Positions 27,025-36,882 of a DNA stretch of 42,252 nt are shown piece by piece. A model generated the notes under the pieces. The model ran no database searches. It saw only the letters and a program-made list of their open reading frames with translations, and was not told where the DNA came from. How positions within the stretch are numbered: the stretch's first letter is position 1; each line of letters begins with the position of its first letter. Made by a program: the position numbers and the translations under genes. Origin of the DNA: Bacteroidales bacterium (GTDB lineage: Bacteria > Bacteroidota > Bacteroidia > Bacteroidales > UBA7960); NCBI GenBank assembly GCA_007129355.1, contig SKVR01000061.1, positions 1 through 42,252 on the forward strand. The letters are read 5' to 3'.

Positions 27025-30000
27025 TTAAAAAAACACGTTACATAATACTCCTTACTGTCTTTGTGATGGTCTTGCTGCCATCACTGGCATATATAACTCT
27101 GAGAAGCTTTGCTGTTCAAACCTGGCTTACTTCAAAGGCTGCTTCCTATCTTTCGGGTGAACTCGGTGCCGAAGTAAGCGTTGGCGGGGTTAAGATCTCA
27201 TGGTTCTTTAATGTTGTACTGGAAGATATAAGCCTGCTCGATAAACATGAAAATCCTTTGCTTTATGCTCGTGAAATGGTATTTGATGTTGACAAAATTT
27301 CATTCTCCAGGCGTAATTTGAAGGTAAATAAGCTTTTACTTGACAAGGCATCGCTGGGCATGACACGGTACCTTGGTGAAGAAGATTTTAATTTTCAATT
27401 TCTTATAGATTATTTTGCGTCTGATGAACCCGCAGATACTTACAGTCTCCCAAAATGGGATGTTACAGTAAGGTCATTTGAATTTCGTAACTCCGGACTT
27501 TCCTTTATTGATCATAATGCAGAACACCTGGATTATGGCTTTGATCCCGGAAACTTTGCCTTTGGGAAACTTAATATTGCCATAAACGACATCTCTTTTG
27601 AGAATGATATTTTACATGCTTCTGTCGATCATTTTTCCGTAGAAGAATCCAAAGGATTGATTCTTGAAAATTTGAATGCCCGGCTGATGGTTAGTCCTGA
27701 AGGAAGCTACGCATACGATATGACTATTACTACCAATCGTAGCCACGTGGAAATGGATGTTAGTCTCGATTATGATAGTTATAATGATTTTGACGATTTT
27801 GCCGAAAAAGTCCGGATGGATTTTGATATCAAACCTTCAGGACTTCAATTATATGAACTGGGGTATTTTATTACATCACTCTACGGACTCGACAACAGAA
27901 TTAAGCTCAAAGGAAACCTGAGTGGCACACTCAGTAACCTCAGGGGAAATGAAGTATTACTTCAGTATGGAAGGTTTTCAACCTTTCAGGGTAATTTCAT
28001 GGTGCTGGGACTACCTGATATTCAGGAAACCTTTCTGAATTTCTCTCTTGACCGCTTTATAACAAATAAAAGAGACCTGGAAACATTCCAAATACCATAT
28101 TCTACAGGTGTTGCTACCTTGAAACTTCCTTCTGAAATGCAGAACCTGGGTATTACTAATTTTTCTGGAAATCTTACCGGGTTTATTTACGATTTTGTCG
28201 CTTATGGACGACTTAATACAGCTTTGGGTGAGCTAACATCAGATATTGCCATAAGAAGTAATGATGATTTTACAAGCATTAGTTATAGCGGTAGTCTGGC
28301 AACCAAGGGTATGGATCTTGGTACTTTGCTTGACGATACTGACAATTTTGGCCAGATAGCTTTTGACATGAAGGTTATAGGTTCGGGTACCGATCTGGGA
28401 AGTATGGATTTGACAATGGAGGGCGTTGTTCAAAGACTGGATTTTAATCAATATGCTTACAGGAATTTAGAGCTTGCCGGCACACTGGTGAAAAAGCGTT
28501 TTACAGGAAACCTGCTTCTGGATGACCCGAATTTGTTTGTAGATTTTAACGGGTTACTTGACTTCAGTGAGTCTGTTCCTTATTTGAACTTTACAGCAGA
28601 GATTGATAATGCTAATCTTTCAATGCTAAATATATACCAGCGCGATACACTTTATCATAGTGTTTTATCAACTATCCTTTCAGTAGAAGGGCACGTTGAA
28701 AACTTCAATGATATTGAAGGAGAAATGGCAGCATATGGAACAACTTACCGGGAGGTTTCACCTGGGAATGGGGATATACAGAACTTTTATCATACCGAAA
28801 CTATTTCTCTGCGGAGTTATTTAAGCGGCCAGAATCAAAAATTATTGCGGTTCTCATCAGATTTTCTGGATGTAAAGATAGACGGGATGATTGATTACGA
28901 AAAAATTGGACCGGAATTTTCTGAGTTTATTAGTAATTACACCCCGTCCCGATTTTACAATAGCACCATTTCTCATTTTTTAAGTGATACAACTTCTCAA
29001 AAGGGTGAGTTTGAAATTTATTTTAAAGAAACCCAGAATCTTATATCCATTTTTTTACCACGCTTGCAACTATCTGATAATGTTTTGATAAGAGGTAGTT
29101 TTGATACCCGGAATAAAAACTTTAAACTGGAAGGTGCTGCTGAATACTTTTCATTTGCGGGTAACCGTTTTAATGATTTGAAGATAAATGCATCAACTGA
29201 TTCATCGTCAATATCTTTTAATAGCTCTGCCAGCCGTTTTTCATTGAGTGACAGTATTTGGATGGACCAATTTCGGCTGGTATCTGAGGTATTTAATGAT
29301 ACCTTAACCGTTCTTTCAAAATGGGAAAATCAAAATTCAGGAGTAAAAAATTACGGACATGTTGAGGCTGAGGCCCATATCCTATCACCACATAAGACAG
29401 AAATAAGGTTTCAACCTTCCTATGCTTATATCAACGATTCCCTTTGGATTATTAGACCAACAAACAGGATTTTGCTTGATTCAGCCTACATAAACATTGA
29501 AGACTTTTTTTTGTATAAGGGTGATGAATTCCTGAAAGTTGACGGTCGCTTGAGCGATAATCCGGATGATGAACTGCATATTCTTTTGAATGATTTTAAT
29601 GTGGAAAGTCTGATGCATTTTTTGCGGGGCAGAAAAATTGACTTCGGTGGGATAGCCAGCGGAGAAATTGTATTGTCGAATATTCAAAAGACACCGAATA
29701 TTTCAGCCAATTTGCTTGTTAAAGATTTTTCATTCAACCTTGACCATCTGGGCGATCTTTCTTTAAACAGCAATTGGGATGCAGCGGAAAAGGCTTTCAG
29801 AATAGATGCAGAAATTATTTATTATGGAAATGTGGGGTTTAATAAACCCCTGATAGCAAGAGGGTATTTCTACCCGGAAAAGGAACAGGATAATTTTGAC
29901 CTGGATATTCTAATTGAAAACCTGCAAATGTCTGTGTTTAGCAGGTATCTTGATGGTTTTACATCAAACTTCAGAGGGCTGGCCTCAGGCAGACTTCGTC

Positions 30001-31565
30001 TCGATGGGCCTCTTTCTTCTCCTGAACTAAGCGGAAGAGCCCGTCTTGTTAGAACTGGCTTTAGGGTTGACTATACCAACACTTCCTATTCATTTGCCCA
30101 CGAACTGGAAATCGGAAAAGATTTCTTCAGATTTGAAAATCTTACATTAAATGATACTATTGGGAATTCTGCTAATGTAACTGGTATGATCAGGCATACC
30201 CGCTTTATGGATTTCAGTATCGATATTTCTTTTTTACTTGACCGAATTGCTGTTTTGAATACACGGCCGCATCATAATGAACTTTTTTACGGAAGGGCAT
30301 TTGCCAGCGGTCTTTACAGGGTGCACGGTCCGGTCAATGATATTGTAATGGATATATCCGGTCAAGCCAACAGGGGTACACAGATCTTTCTGCCACTGGA
30401 TTACAGCGGCGAATTTACAGAATCCAATTTTATCAGTTTTGTATCGCCCGATAAAATTTCTAATGGTGAGATTCTTTTGCCTGAATCACAAATTTCAGGC
30501 ATTTCACTCAATTTTGACCTTGAAGTAACTCCTGATGCAGAAATTCAGATCATTTTTGATTCGCAGATAGGTGATATTATGCGTAGCCGCGGTTTTGGTG
30601 ATTTAAAATTTGAAATTGATAACCAGGGTGCATTCAATATGTATGGCGATTATACCATACAGGAGGGGGATTACTTATTTACTCTTCAAAACCTGATTAA
30701 TAAGCGTTTCAGAATGGAACAGGGCGGTACTATTCGCTGGACAGGAGACATTGATGCCGATATTGATGTAAGGGCGATATATCGCCTCAGAACATCTCTG
30801 TTCGATCTGGCAGCCAACCAGACTGATACATCAGATTTTTATCGCCGCAGGGTGCCTGTTGAAACGGTTCTTCACCTGCAGGATAAACTTTTCAATCCCA
30901 GCGTTTCTTTTGACATTCAGTTGCCTGGGGGCGATGAGTCTACCCGCGAAATGATTGAGAGAATCATTACTACCGAACAGGAAATGAACCGGCAGGTATT
31001 TTCATTGCTGATTCTTAACCGGTTTGTGCCACCTGAAGACGGCTTCAATACAGCATTGGGCTATGGAATGGGATCCACATCATCTGAGCTGCTTTCTAAC
31101 CAGCTAAGTAACTGGTTGTCGCAAATCAGTTCGGATTTTGATATTGGGGTCAATTACAGACCCGGTGATGAGATCAGTAGCCAGGAAATTGAAGTGGCTT
31201 TGTCAACCCAGTTGTTTGACGACAGGGTGGTAATTGACGGAAATGTGGGTGTTGCTGGTGACCATCCTGCCAACACCCAAAGAGCAAGTAATATTATCGG
31301 TGATGTGAATGTGGAAGTAAAAATTACTCCCGAAGGCAGGTTCAGGATCAAGGCTTTTAACCGTTCAAATACTTTCGACGTATTGAATTCCAATGCCCCC
31401 TATACTCAAGGTGTTGGTGTGTTTTACAGAAGAGAGTTTGATCATATCAGCGAAATATTCAGAAGACGCACCAGAACTGTACTGGAGATCCCTGATTTTG
31501 AAGAAACAGAATTTCCTGACATTGAAGCTTTACGATCTGGGTCCGATGCCTCTGATTTTAAATAA
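27024..31565 (+). CDS. tamB: Translocation/assembly module TamB (DUF490) family protein
   Basis: N-terminal anchor ..AVQTWL.., long beta-rich body and C-terminal QVFSLLILNRF..LLSNQLSNWLSQ..STQLFDDRV..GVGVFY. The track starts at GTG 27063; a non-canonical ATT start at 27024 is proposed (see findings). Confidence 0.9.
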   Translation: MKKTRYIILLTVFVMVLLPSLAYITLRSFAVQTWLTSKAASYLSGELGAEVSVGGVKISWFFNVVLEDISLLDKHENPLLYAREMVFDVDKISFSRRNLKVNKLLLDKASLGMTRYLGEEDFNFQFLIDYFASDEPADTYSLPKWDVTVRSFEFRNSGLSFIDHNAEHLDYGFDPGNFAFGKLNIAINDISFENDILHASVDHFSVEESKGLILENLNARLMVSPEGSYAYDMTITTNRSHVEMDVSLDYDSYNDFDDFAEKVRMDFDIKPSGLQLYELGYFITSLYGLDNRIKLKGNLSGTLSNLRGNEVLLQYGRFSTFQGNFMVLGLPDIQETFLNFSLDRFITNKRDLETFQIPYSTGVATLKLPSEMQNLGITNFSGNLTGFIYDFVAYGRLNTALGELTSDIAIRSNDDFTSISYSGSLATKGMDLGTLLDDTDNFGQIAFDMKVIGSGTDLGSMDLTMEGVVQRLDFNQYAYRNLELAGTLVKKRFTGNLLLDDPNLFVDFNGLLDFSESVPYLNFTAEIDNANLSMLNIYQRDTLYHSVLSTILSVEGHVENFNDIEGEMAAYGTTYREVSPGNGDIQNFYHTETISLRSYLSGQNQKLLRFSSDFLDVKIDGMIDYEKIGPEFSEFISNYTPSRFYNSTISHFLSDTTSQKGEFEIYFKETQNLISIFLPRLQLSDNVLIRGSFDTRNKNFKLEGAAEYFSFAGNRFNDLKINASTDSSSISFNSSASRFSLSDSIWMDQFRLVSEVFNDTLTVLSKWENQNSGVKNYGHVEAEAHILSPHKTEIRFQPSYAYINDSLWIIRPTNRILLDSAYINIEDFFLYKGDEFLKVDGRLSDNPDDELHILLNDFNVESLMHFLRGRKIDFGGIASGEIVLSNIQKTPNISANLLVKDFSFNLDHLGDLSLNSNWDAAEKAFRIDAEIIYYGNVGFNKPLIARGYFYPEKEQDNFDLDILIENLQMSVFSRYLDGFTSNFRGLASGRLRLDGPLSSPELSGRARLVRTGFRVDYTNTSYSFAHELEIGKDFFRFENLTLNDTIGNSANVTGMIRHTRFMDFSIDISFLLDRIAVLNTRPHHNELFYGRAFASGLYRVHGPVNDIVMDISGQANRGTQIFLPLDYSGEFTESNFISFVSPDKISNGEILLPESQISGISLNFDLEVTPDAEIQIIFDSQIGDIMRSRGFGDLKFEIDNQGAFNMYGDYTIQEGDYLFTLQNLINKRFRMEQGGTIRWTGDIDADIDVRAIYRLRTSLFDLAANQTDTSDFYRRRVPVETVLHLQDKLFNPSVSFDIQLPGGDESTREMIERIITTEQEMNRQVFSLLILNRFVPPEDGFNTALGYGMGSTSSELLSNQLSNWLSQISSDFDIGVNYRPGDEISSQEIEVALSTQLFDDRVVIDGNVGVAGDHPANTQRASNIIGDVNVEVKITPEGRFRIKAFNRSNTFDVLNSNAPYTQGVGVFYRREFDHISEIFRRRTRTVLEIPDFEETEFPDIEALRSGSDASDFK

Positions 31566-31588
31566 TCAGAAAATAATAACTTTATTGC

Positions 31589-32707
31589 CTATACTTTGAA
31601 CCTTCCCCTTACTTCTCTTAATTGCTCACGGATGGTTTTACTATCCGATTTTTTTTGGGCGGAGCTCGTATCTCCCAGCAGAAAACCATAAGCCTCCATA
31701 CCTTCCATCTCATCAAAAATAACCTTGAGAATGGCTATACCCGGAATGAAAAGTATCATTCCGGCAAGACCCCATATAAAGTTACCCACAAAAAGAGCAA
31801 TAATTGTCATCAAAGGATTCATAGATACTTTGCCGCCTACAATTTTGGGTGTAAAAAGGTTGCTTTCAAAAAGCTGAATAACATAAAAGGCCATGAAAAC
31901 CCCAACAGGATACCAGAGGCTGTCTTTGGTCAGAAAAGCAAATAGAATAGGTAGAGTCGCACCGATAAACGGACCCAGAAAAGGAATTACATTTAAGATG
32001 GCTGCAAAACCTGCAAACAGAAAAGCATGCTTGATTCCAAGGCTAAGCAATGCAATGCTGTTTAGCACCATGAGAATGCAAATTACGAGAAACATACCAG
32101 TAATATAATTCTGAACTACCAGTTTTACTTTGGAAATTACATTGCGTACCTTGAGTTTATGCTTTTCTTCAAATGAGAGCAGAATGAAATCAATGAGAAA
32201 TCTCCGGAAGTAAAGAAAAAGAAAAATATAAATGGGCATAATAAACACCATTGTAAGTGTGCCCACAGTGGCAATAACACCCTGAGTAAGTCCGGCAGCA
32301 TTCTCGTAAAGATACTGGAATACGGTATTCTGTATATTCTCACCTGAAATGGGTACTACACCATCAAAGTTGGCCGCAATATACTCATTGGTAAGACCAA
32401 TATAATAACCTACTCTTTCCTCAATTAGGGCCAGGTCACCGCTGAAGCGCAAGATCTGGTTATAAAAGAAATATACCAATGCACTTAATATGGCAATGAG
32501 AGAAATGACACTGATACCCACAGCGAGTGCTTTGGGAACTCTTATTTTTTCAAGCCATGCGGCAAAAGGACTGATCAGAACGGCAAGCAAGCCCGAAATA
32601 AGTAATGGTACCAGGATAACTTTTGCCTCACGCATTATGATAACAATAAGTACAAGCGTCAGGAGTATGATCGCTAGTTTGAAATAAAAGGGGAATTTGA
32701 TCTTCAT
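31589..32707 (-). CDS. AI-2E (PerM/TqsA) family transporter
   Basis: Multi-TM protein with LNVIPFLGPFIG, IQLFESNLFTPKIVG..MNP and WGLAGMILFIP. Confidence 0.92.
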   Translation of the reverse strand: MKIKFPFYFKLAIILLTLVLIVIIMREAKVILVPLLISGLLAVLISPFAAWLEKIRVPKALAVGISVISLIAILSALVYFFYNQILRFSGDLALIEERVGYYIGLTNEYIAANFDGVVPISGENIQNTVFQYLYENAAGLTQGVIATVGTLTMVFIMPIYIFLFLYFRRFLIDFILLSFEEKHKLKVRNVISKVKLVVQNYITGMFLVICILMVLNSIALLSLGIKHAFLFAGFAAILNVIPFLGPFIGATLPILFAFLTKDSLWYPVGVFMAFYVIQLFESNLFTPKIVGGKVSMNPLMTIIALFVGNFIWGLAGMILFIPGIAILKVIFDEMEGMEAYGFLLGDTSSAQKKSDSKTIREQLREVRGRFKV

Positions 32708-32719
32708 AAAAAAATATCT

Positions 32720-33604
32720 TTACGTGTTCATGCAATCTTCATTCACTGAAAGTACATAATGCTCCATGATATAAATTAAACGGGCAGTTTCCCAGCCATC
32801 AAATCCGATTATATCATCGTAAGTGATTCTCTGCGGATAATAGCTGAGATAAGTTGCAGAAACCGGCATGTACGACCAGTGCCATTTTTCTTCCTCATAT
32901 CCTGATTCACGGCCGGCACCTTTGGGTGTATATGGCTGGCAGAATCCGAATTTTAATGCATTTTCAACCAGCCATTCATATTCTTTTTTACCCCTTCCTG
33001 ATTCAAAGTATCTGTTATTCAGGCTATTCAGGTCAATGTCTGTACCCCAGTGATGACGAGATGTTCCTGGCATGGCACTGAAGCGAAGTATTTCGCGGGC
33101 CCTTTTAACCGGGTTTGCAATATCTGTAGCGTATATGTTTCCGCTTAAAACCTGCTGTCCGGTCCATTTATTTTCCCAGATGCGCTTCTGATGATCAAAA
33201 TCGCGGAAAGCGGAAACAATAATCAGTTCAATTCCATCTTCCTTTGCTGCATCATGCATTTCAAGAAATGCGTTGTATGCTTCCCTATGCATGAACATCC
33301 CATCTCTATTCGCATATTTTCTCTCAATGGGAGAAAGCAAGGAGTCTCTTTGTGGCCTAGTGAGTTTTCCAAGCAGAATATTTTTGTCAGGTTGGGATAT
33401 TCCATGCATAGGCTCTTTATTTTGAATTTTTAAAGTATCAGGATTTGTCTGATGGCTTATTTCAGATTTAATTCCTGAATTAACAGGGTTCAGGTTTCTG
33501 CGGGTTAGTTTGCATGTTCGGGAGCTAACAAGCAATACCGCAAGTATTATAACCAGAACGATAAATATCTTTGATTTTTTATTTGCAGATTTATTTTTAC
33601 GCAT
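32720..33604 (-). CDS. M15B family Zn D-Ala-D-Ala carboxypeptidase (VanY/LdcB-like), membrane anchored
   Basis: N-terminal basic stretch and TM segment, SAFR...Q, PGTSRHHWGTDID (SxH..D) and EEKWHW (ExxH). Confidence 0.9.
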   Translation of the reverse strand: MRKNKSANKKSKIFIVLVIILAVLLVSSRTCKLTRRNLNPVNSGIKSEISHQTNPDTLKIQNKEPMHGISQPDKNILLGKLTRPQRDSLLSPIERKYANRDGMFMHREAYNAFLEMHDAAKEDGIELIIVSAFRDFDHQKRIWENKWTGQQVLSGNIYATDIANPVKRAREILRFSAMPGTSRHHWGTDIDLNSLNNRYFESGRGKKEYEWLVENALKFGFCQPYTPKGAGRESGYEEEKWHWSYMPVSATYLSYYPQRITYDDIIGFDGWETARLIYIMEHYVLSVNEDCMNT

Positions 33605-33626
33605 TATAATTATATAGCATTAACTC

Positions 33627-33634
33627 CAAAATTA
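33627..33634 (-). promoter_or_regulatory. -7 promoter box for the carboxypeptidase/AI-2E unit
   Basis: CAAAATTA reads TAATTTTG on the minus strand, 22 nt upstream of ATG 33604. Confidence 0.55.
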
Positions 33635-33677
33635 GTTATTTCACGGATAAATATCTTTGGTTTGATAAACAAAAATG

Positions 33678-33685
33678 TAATTTTG
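33678..33685 (+). promoter_or_regulatory. -7 promoter box for the LOG gene
   Basis: TAATTTTG, with TTTG at 33656-33659 upstream. Confidence 0.55.
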
Positions 33686-33736
33686 TTGTAAACCTGTTTT
33701 TATATTCAAAAAATTCATTCAATATAAAATAATGCT

Positions 33737-34549
33737 ATGAAACAAATACTCAAAGCTTACGAAAACCTTGAATTCTTAAAATCACCTCAGGCACGCATAC
33801 TTCGTATTATGTCAGAATTTGTTGAGCCACAGGCCCGGTTTCAGAAAAACCAGATAAAGGATACAGTGGTATTCTTTGGTTCGGCACGTCTTTCTTCGCG
33901 TGAGAAAGCCGAGAAACAAGTGTCAGAGCTGAAATCAGAAAAGAACCCGAAACCGGCAGCAATAAAAAAAGCAGAAATAAATCTGAGGAATTCCCGCTAT
34001 TATGAAGATGCTGTTGAGCTTTCCAAAAGAATAACGCAATGGTCAATGAAAAATTACTATCATAACGGTCGTCGTTATGTGGTTTGCACGGGTGGTGGCC
34101 CCGGAATTATGGAAGCAGCCAATAAAGGTGCGCACCTGGCTGGTGGAAAATCAGTAGGTCTGAATATCAGTCTGCCCTTTGAACAGTTTGCAAACCCTTA
34201 CCTGGAAGACGATCTGAACCTCGAATTTCATTACTTTTTCATGCGCAAGTTCTGGTTTGCCTATCCCGCTAAGGCATTCGTGATTTTCCCCGGGGGCTTC
34301 GGCACATTGGATGAACTTGCCGAAATACTTACTCTTGTGCAAACCGGCAAGATCAAAAAAGAGATGAAAATCCTGATTTATGATAGTGTTTACTGGAATG
34401 AGGTCATCAATTTTAAAAAATTTGCTGAAAATGGAATGATTAGTGAAGAAGATCTGAATCTTTTCAAGATTTGCGATACAGTTGATGATATGGAGAAAGA
34501 GTTGCTCGCCCACTTCGAAAAGATGAAGGACAAGGATCAGCTCATGTAA
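33737..34549 (+). CDS. LOG family nucleotide phosphoribohydrolase (TIGR00730-like Rossmann fold)
   Basis: VFFGSAR, TGGGPGIMEAANKG, FHYFFMRK and PGGFGTLDE. Confidence 0.92.
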   Translation: MKQILKAYENLEFLKSPQARILRIMSEFVEPQARFQKNQIKDTVVFFGSARLSSREKAEKQVSELKSEKNPKPAAIKKAEINLRNSRYYEDAVELSKRITQWSMKNYYHNGRRYVVCTGGGPGIMEAANKGAHLAGGKSVGLNISLPFEQFANPYLEDDLNLEFHYFFMRKFWFAYPAKAFVIFPGGFGTLDELAEILTLVQTGKIKKEMKILIYDSVYWNEVINFKKFAENGMISEEDLNLFKICDTVDDMEKELLAHFEKMKDKDQLM

Positions 34550-34555
34550 ATAATA

Positions 34556-36880
34556 TCAGAATGGATATCCTATCGCAAGGTTAAGTAAAAGGTTATCACG
34601 TCTCCAGCTGCTGTTGAGCGGGCGTATGGATTGAAAATATCCCGGCGAATCATCGTAAGGCACTGCAATAGGGAATGCCAGGTCGAGTCGTAAAAGAAAA
34701 AATGTAAAATCGAATCGCAGTCCAAAGCCGGTTCCTAATGCCATCTGGCTGAGAAATTGAGATGATTCAAACTTGCCGCCGGGGGTTCTTTCACGTTCTT
34801 CAAGGGTCCATACATTGCCTGCATCAGCAAATACTGCACCTTTGATAATATTTGTCATACTGAAGCGGTATTCCAGATTTGCCTCCAGTTTTATATCACC
34901 TGACTGGTAAATATTAAATGCTGTTTGTAATGTGTCGGGCGATTTGTATGATCCGGGGCCGAGTGAACGAGGATGAAAAGCCCTGATGCTATTGCTGCCG
35001 CCGGTTGTAAAAAGCTTTATATAAGGCAGGGTGGTAGAATTGCCATAAGGAACTCCAATGCCTGCTGCCAGCCGGGAAGCCAGTTTCCGGTCATTACCCA
35101 TATCAAGATAATACCTCAGGTCAAAATCATTTCGGGCATATTGCGAAAAACTTTGGTTAAAAATCCCATATCCGCCATCTTCCTGCTCTTCACTTAGGTT
35201 GAGGCCATGTATTATCAGGTAGGCCAGATTTCCCGACAAGTCAATGTTGTAGTTGAAGTACCAGGAGTGTTTTCGCTGTTCGCGCAGTTGAGAATTATAA
35301 AAATAAGAAAATTCTGATCCCAGCAAAAACTGTTCAAAAAGGCCCCTTCTGAAAAGTACTTCTTCCGAAAAAATTTGTTCATACTCTTCAGACACTGAGC
35401 CCAGTGAGAAAATATTGAATACGAAGGGGTTAAAGCGATATTGTGTGGTTACAGACTGGTTCCACAGGTAACCAAAATTGCTTCTTATGGAGGAAATACT
35501 GAAAGCATCAGTTCTGCTTCGAAAATTAAAGGAAAGCCCGATGCGGGTTCTGGGGATAAACCGGGGTGACAAAAACCCGTTACCAAAAGGAACAACAAAT
35601 CTGGGAATGGTTAATTCTGCAGAAGACCCGGCTTCCCAGGAGCTGGCACTTCTTTCCCTTTGACCAATATAGGTTTCATAGGCCCCATCGAGATTCAGCG
35701 TGAAGTTTTCTGCACCGCCAAGGAAGTTTCTGTTATTGAAAGATAAGGATAAACCCGGACCAGCAAAATTTGTGGATTTGGTTACACCTCTTATCTCTGC
35801 GCTAATGCTCTTTTTATCCATAGGTGTCACCTGTACCCTGAGATCAAGATAGGGTTTGTCATCATCCATGACTTCAATGAAACGAAGATTTACAAACTTG
35901 AAAACTCCCAGTCCCATCAGGTGATTGAGAGTAAGGTCATGGTCATTACTGTTATAAAGTTTATCCTTTTCAAAAAAGATAGCCCGCTTAAGTGTCGATG
36001 GTTTAAAATCTCCATTGTTATTCAAAAGATATATTCCGTCTTCAAGGTAAATGGTGTCATTTATCTGCTGCTCTTCAACCAGTGTAAAAGCGGTGTTAAT
36101 GAATATATTTCTTATGTGAAATCTTTCTTTAGCATTGGCAGGGATATTGGTTTTAAGAGCGAGAGAAAGGCTTACTTCTCTTTCCCCACCGGTAGTATCT
36201 GCTCTGAAAAGCAAGAAATCAGGATGAAAATAAAAATAACCTCGTTCTTTAAGATGTGTTGTTATTCGCTCACGTTCATCGCGCAATACACTCAGTCGGT
36301 AATCTCTTCCCGGTCTTATCAGGCTTTCTTCGAGCGATTCATTTATATGCTTTGCAATTTCATTATCAGGCTCAATGGGCAGAAGCTCAGCAATGGTGAA
36401 AGCAGGGTTTAGGGTTACTGAAAATTCGGCACCTGATCTTTTTCTCCTTTCTTTGATTTGGTAATCAATTTTCGGGTCGAAAAATCCCATGTTAAACAAA
36501 CGGTTCTCCATTAACTGAAGCGACCGGTCTATGCTGAAATCTTCAAACAGAACGGGAGCTCTTCCAATCCTGTTTCTCATGTAACGGGTAAGGGCGTTAC
36601 CGGGGTCTTCACCTGCAACGTTATAAAGCCATAATCTGGGTCGCCAGAACAGGAACTTTTCATTGGGCTGGGGACGGATTACCCTTTCAAGCTCTGAAAC
36701 TACATTCCCTTTATTGGATATCTTTTCATCCGATTCTATCTTTACCTTACTTCCTGTATAAAGTTTCTGGCCTTCATCAAGATATCTCAGGTTGGAACAA
36801 GATGAGAATAAAAGCAGAAGGGCAATTATTAGCATATAATTTCCAGGAAAAGGTAGCGATATGTATTTTCTAAAAATCAT
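34556..36880 (-). CDS. TamA/BamA (Omp85) family outer-membrane lipoprotein, TamL-like
   Basis: Lipobox LLFSSC, POTRA-like region, lid motif GGSNSIRAF, FADAGNVW and C-terminal LAIGYPF. Directly downstream of a tamB. Confidence 0.9.
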   Translation of the reverse strand: MIFRKYISLPFPGNYMLIIALLLLFSSCSNLRYLDEGQKLYTGSKVKIESDEKISNKGNVVSELERVIRPQPNEKFLFWRPRLWLYNVAGEDPGNALTRYMRNRIGRAPVLFEDFSIDRSLQLMENRLFNMGFFDPKIDYQIKERRKRSGAEFSVTLNPAFTIAELLPIEPDNEIAKHINESLEESLIRPGRDYRLSVLRDERERITTHLKERGYFYFHPDFLLFRADTTGGEREVSLSLALKTNIPANAKERFHIRNIFINTAFTLVEEQQINDTIYLEDGIYLLNNNGDFKPSTLKRAIFFEKDKLYNSNDHDLTLNHLMGLGVFKFVNLRFIEVMDDDKPYLDLRVQVTPMDKKSISAEIRGVTKSTNFAGPGLSLSFNNRNFLGGAENFTLNLDGAYETYIGQRERSASSWEAGSSAELTIPRFVVPFGNGFLSPRFIPRTRIGLSFNFRSRTDAFSISSIRSNFGYLWNQSVTTQYRFNPFVFNIFSLGSVSEEYEQIFSEEVLFRRGLFEQFLLGSEFSYFYNSQLREQRKHSWYFNYNIDLSGNLAYLIIHGLNLSEEQEDGGYGIFNQSFSQYARNDFDLRYYLDMGNDRKLASRLAAGIGVPYGNSTTLPYIKLFTTGGSNSIRAFHPRSLGPGSYKSPDTLQTAFNIYQSGDIKLEANLEYRFSMTNIIKGAVFADAGNVWTLEERERTPGGKFESSQFLSQMALGTGFGLRFDFTFFLLRLDLAFPIAVPYDDSPGYFQSIRPLNSSWRRDNLLLNLAIGYPF

Positions 36881-36882
36881 TT

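Noticed and set aside
32720-33604. VanY as a sign of vancomycin resistance
   Set aside because: No vanHAX or vanRS genes are present, and stand-alone M15B peptidases are ordinary cell-wall enzymes.
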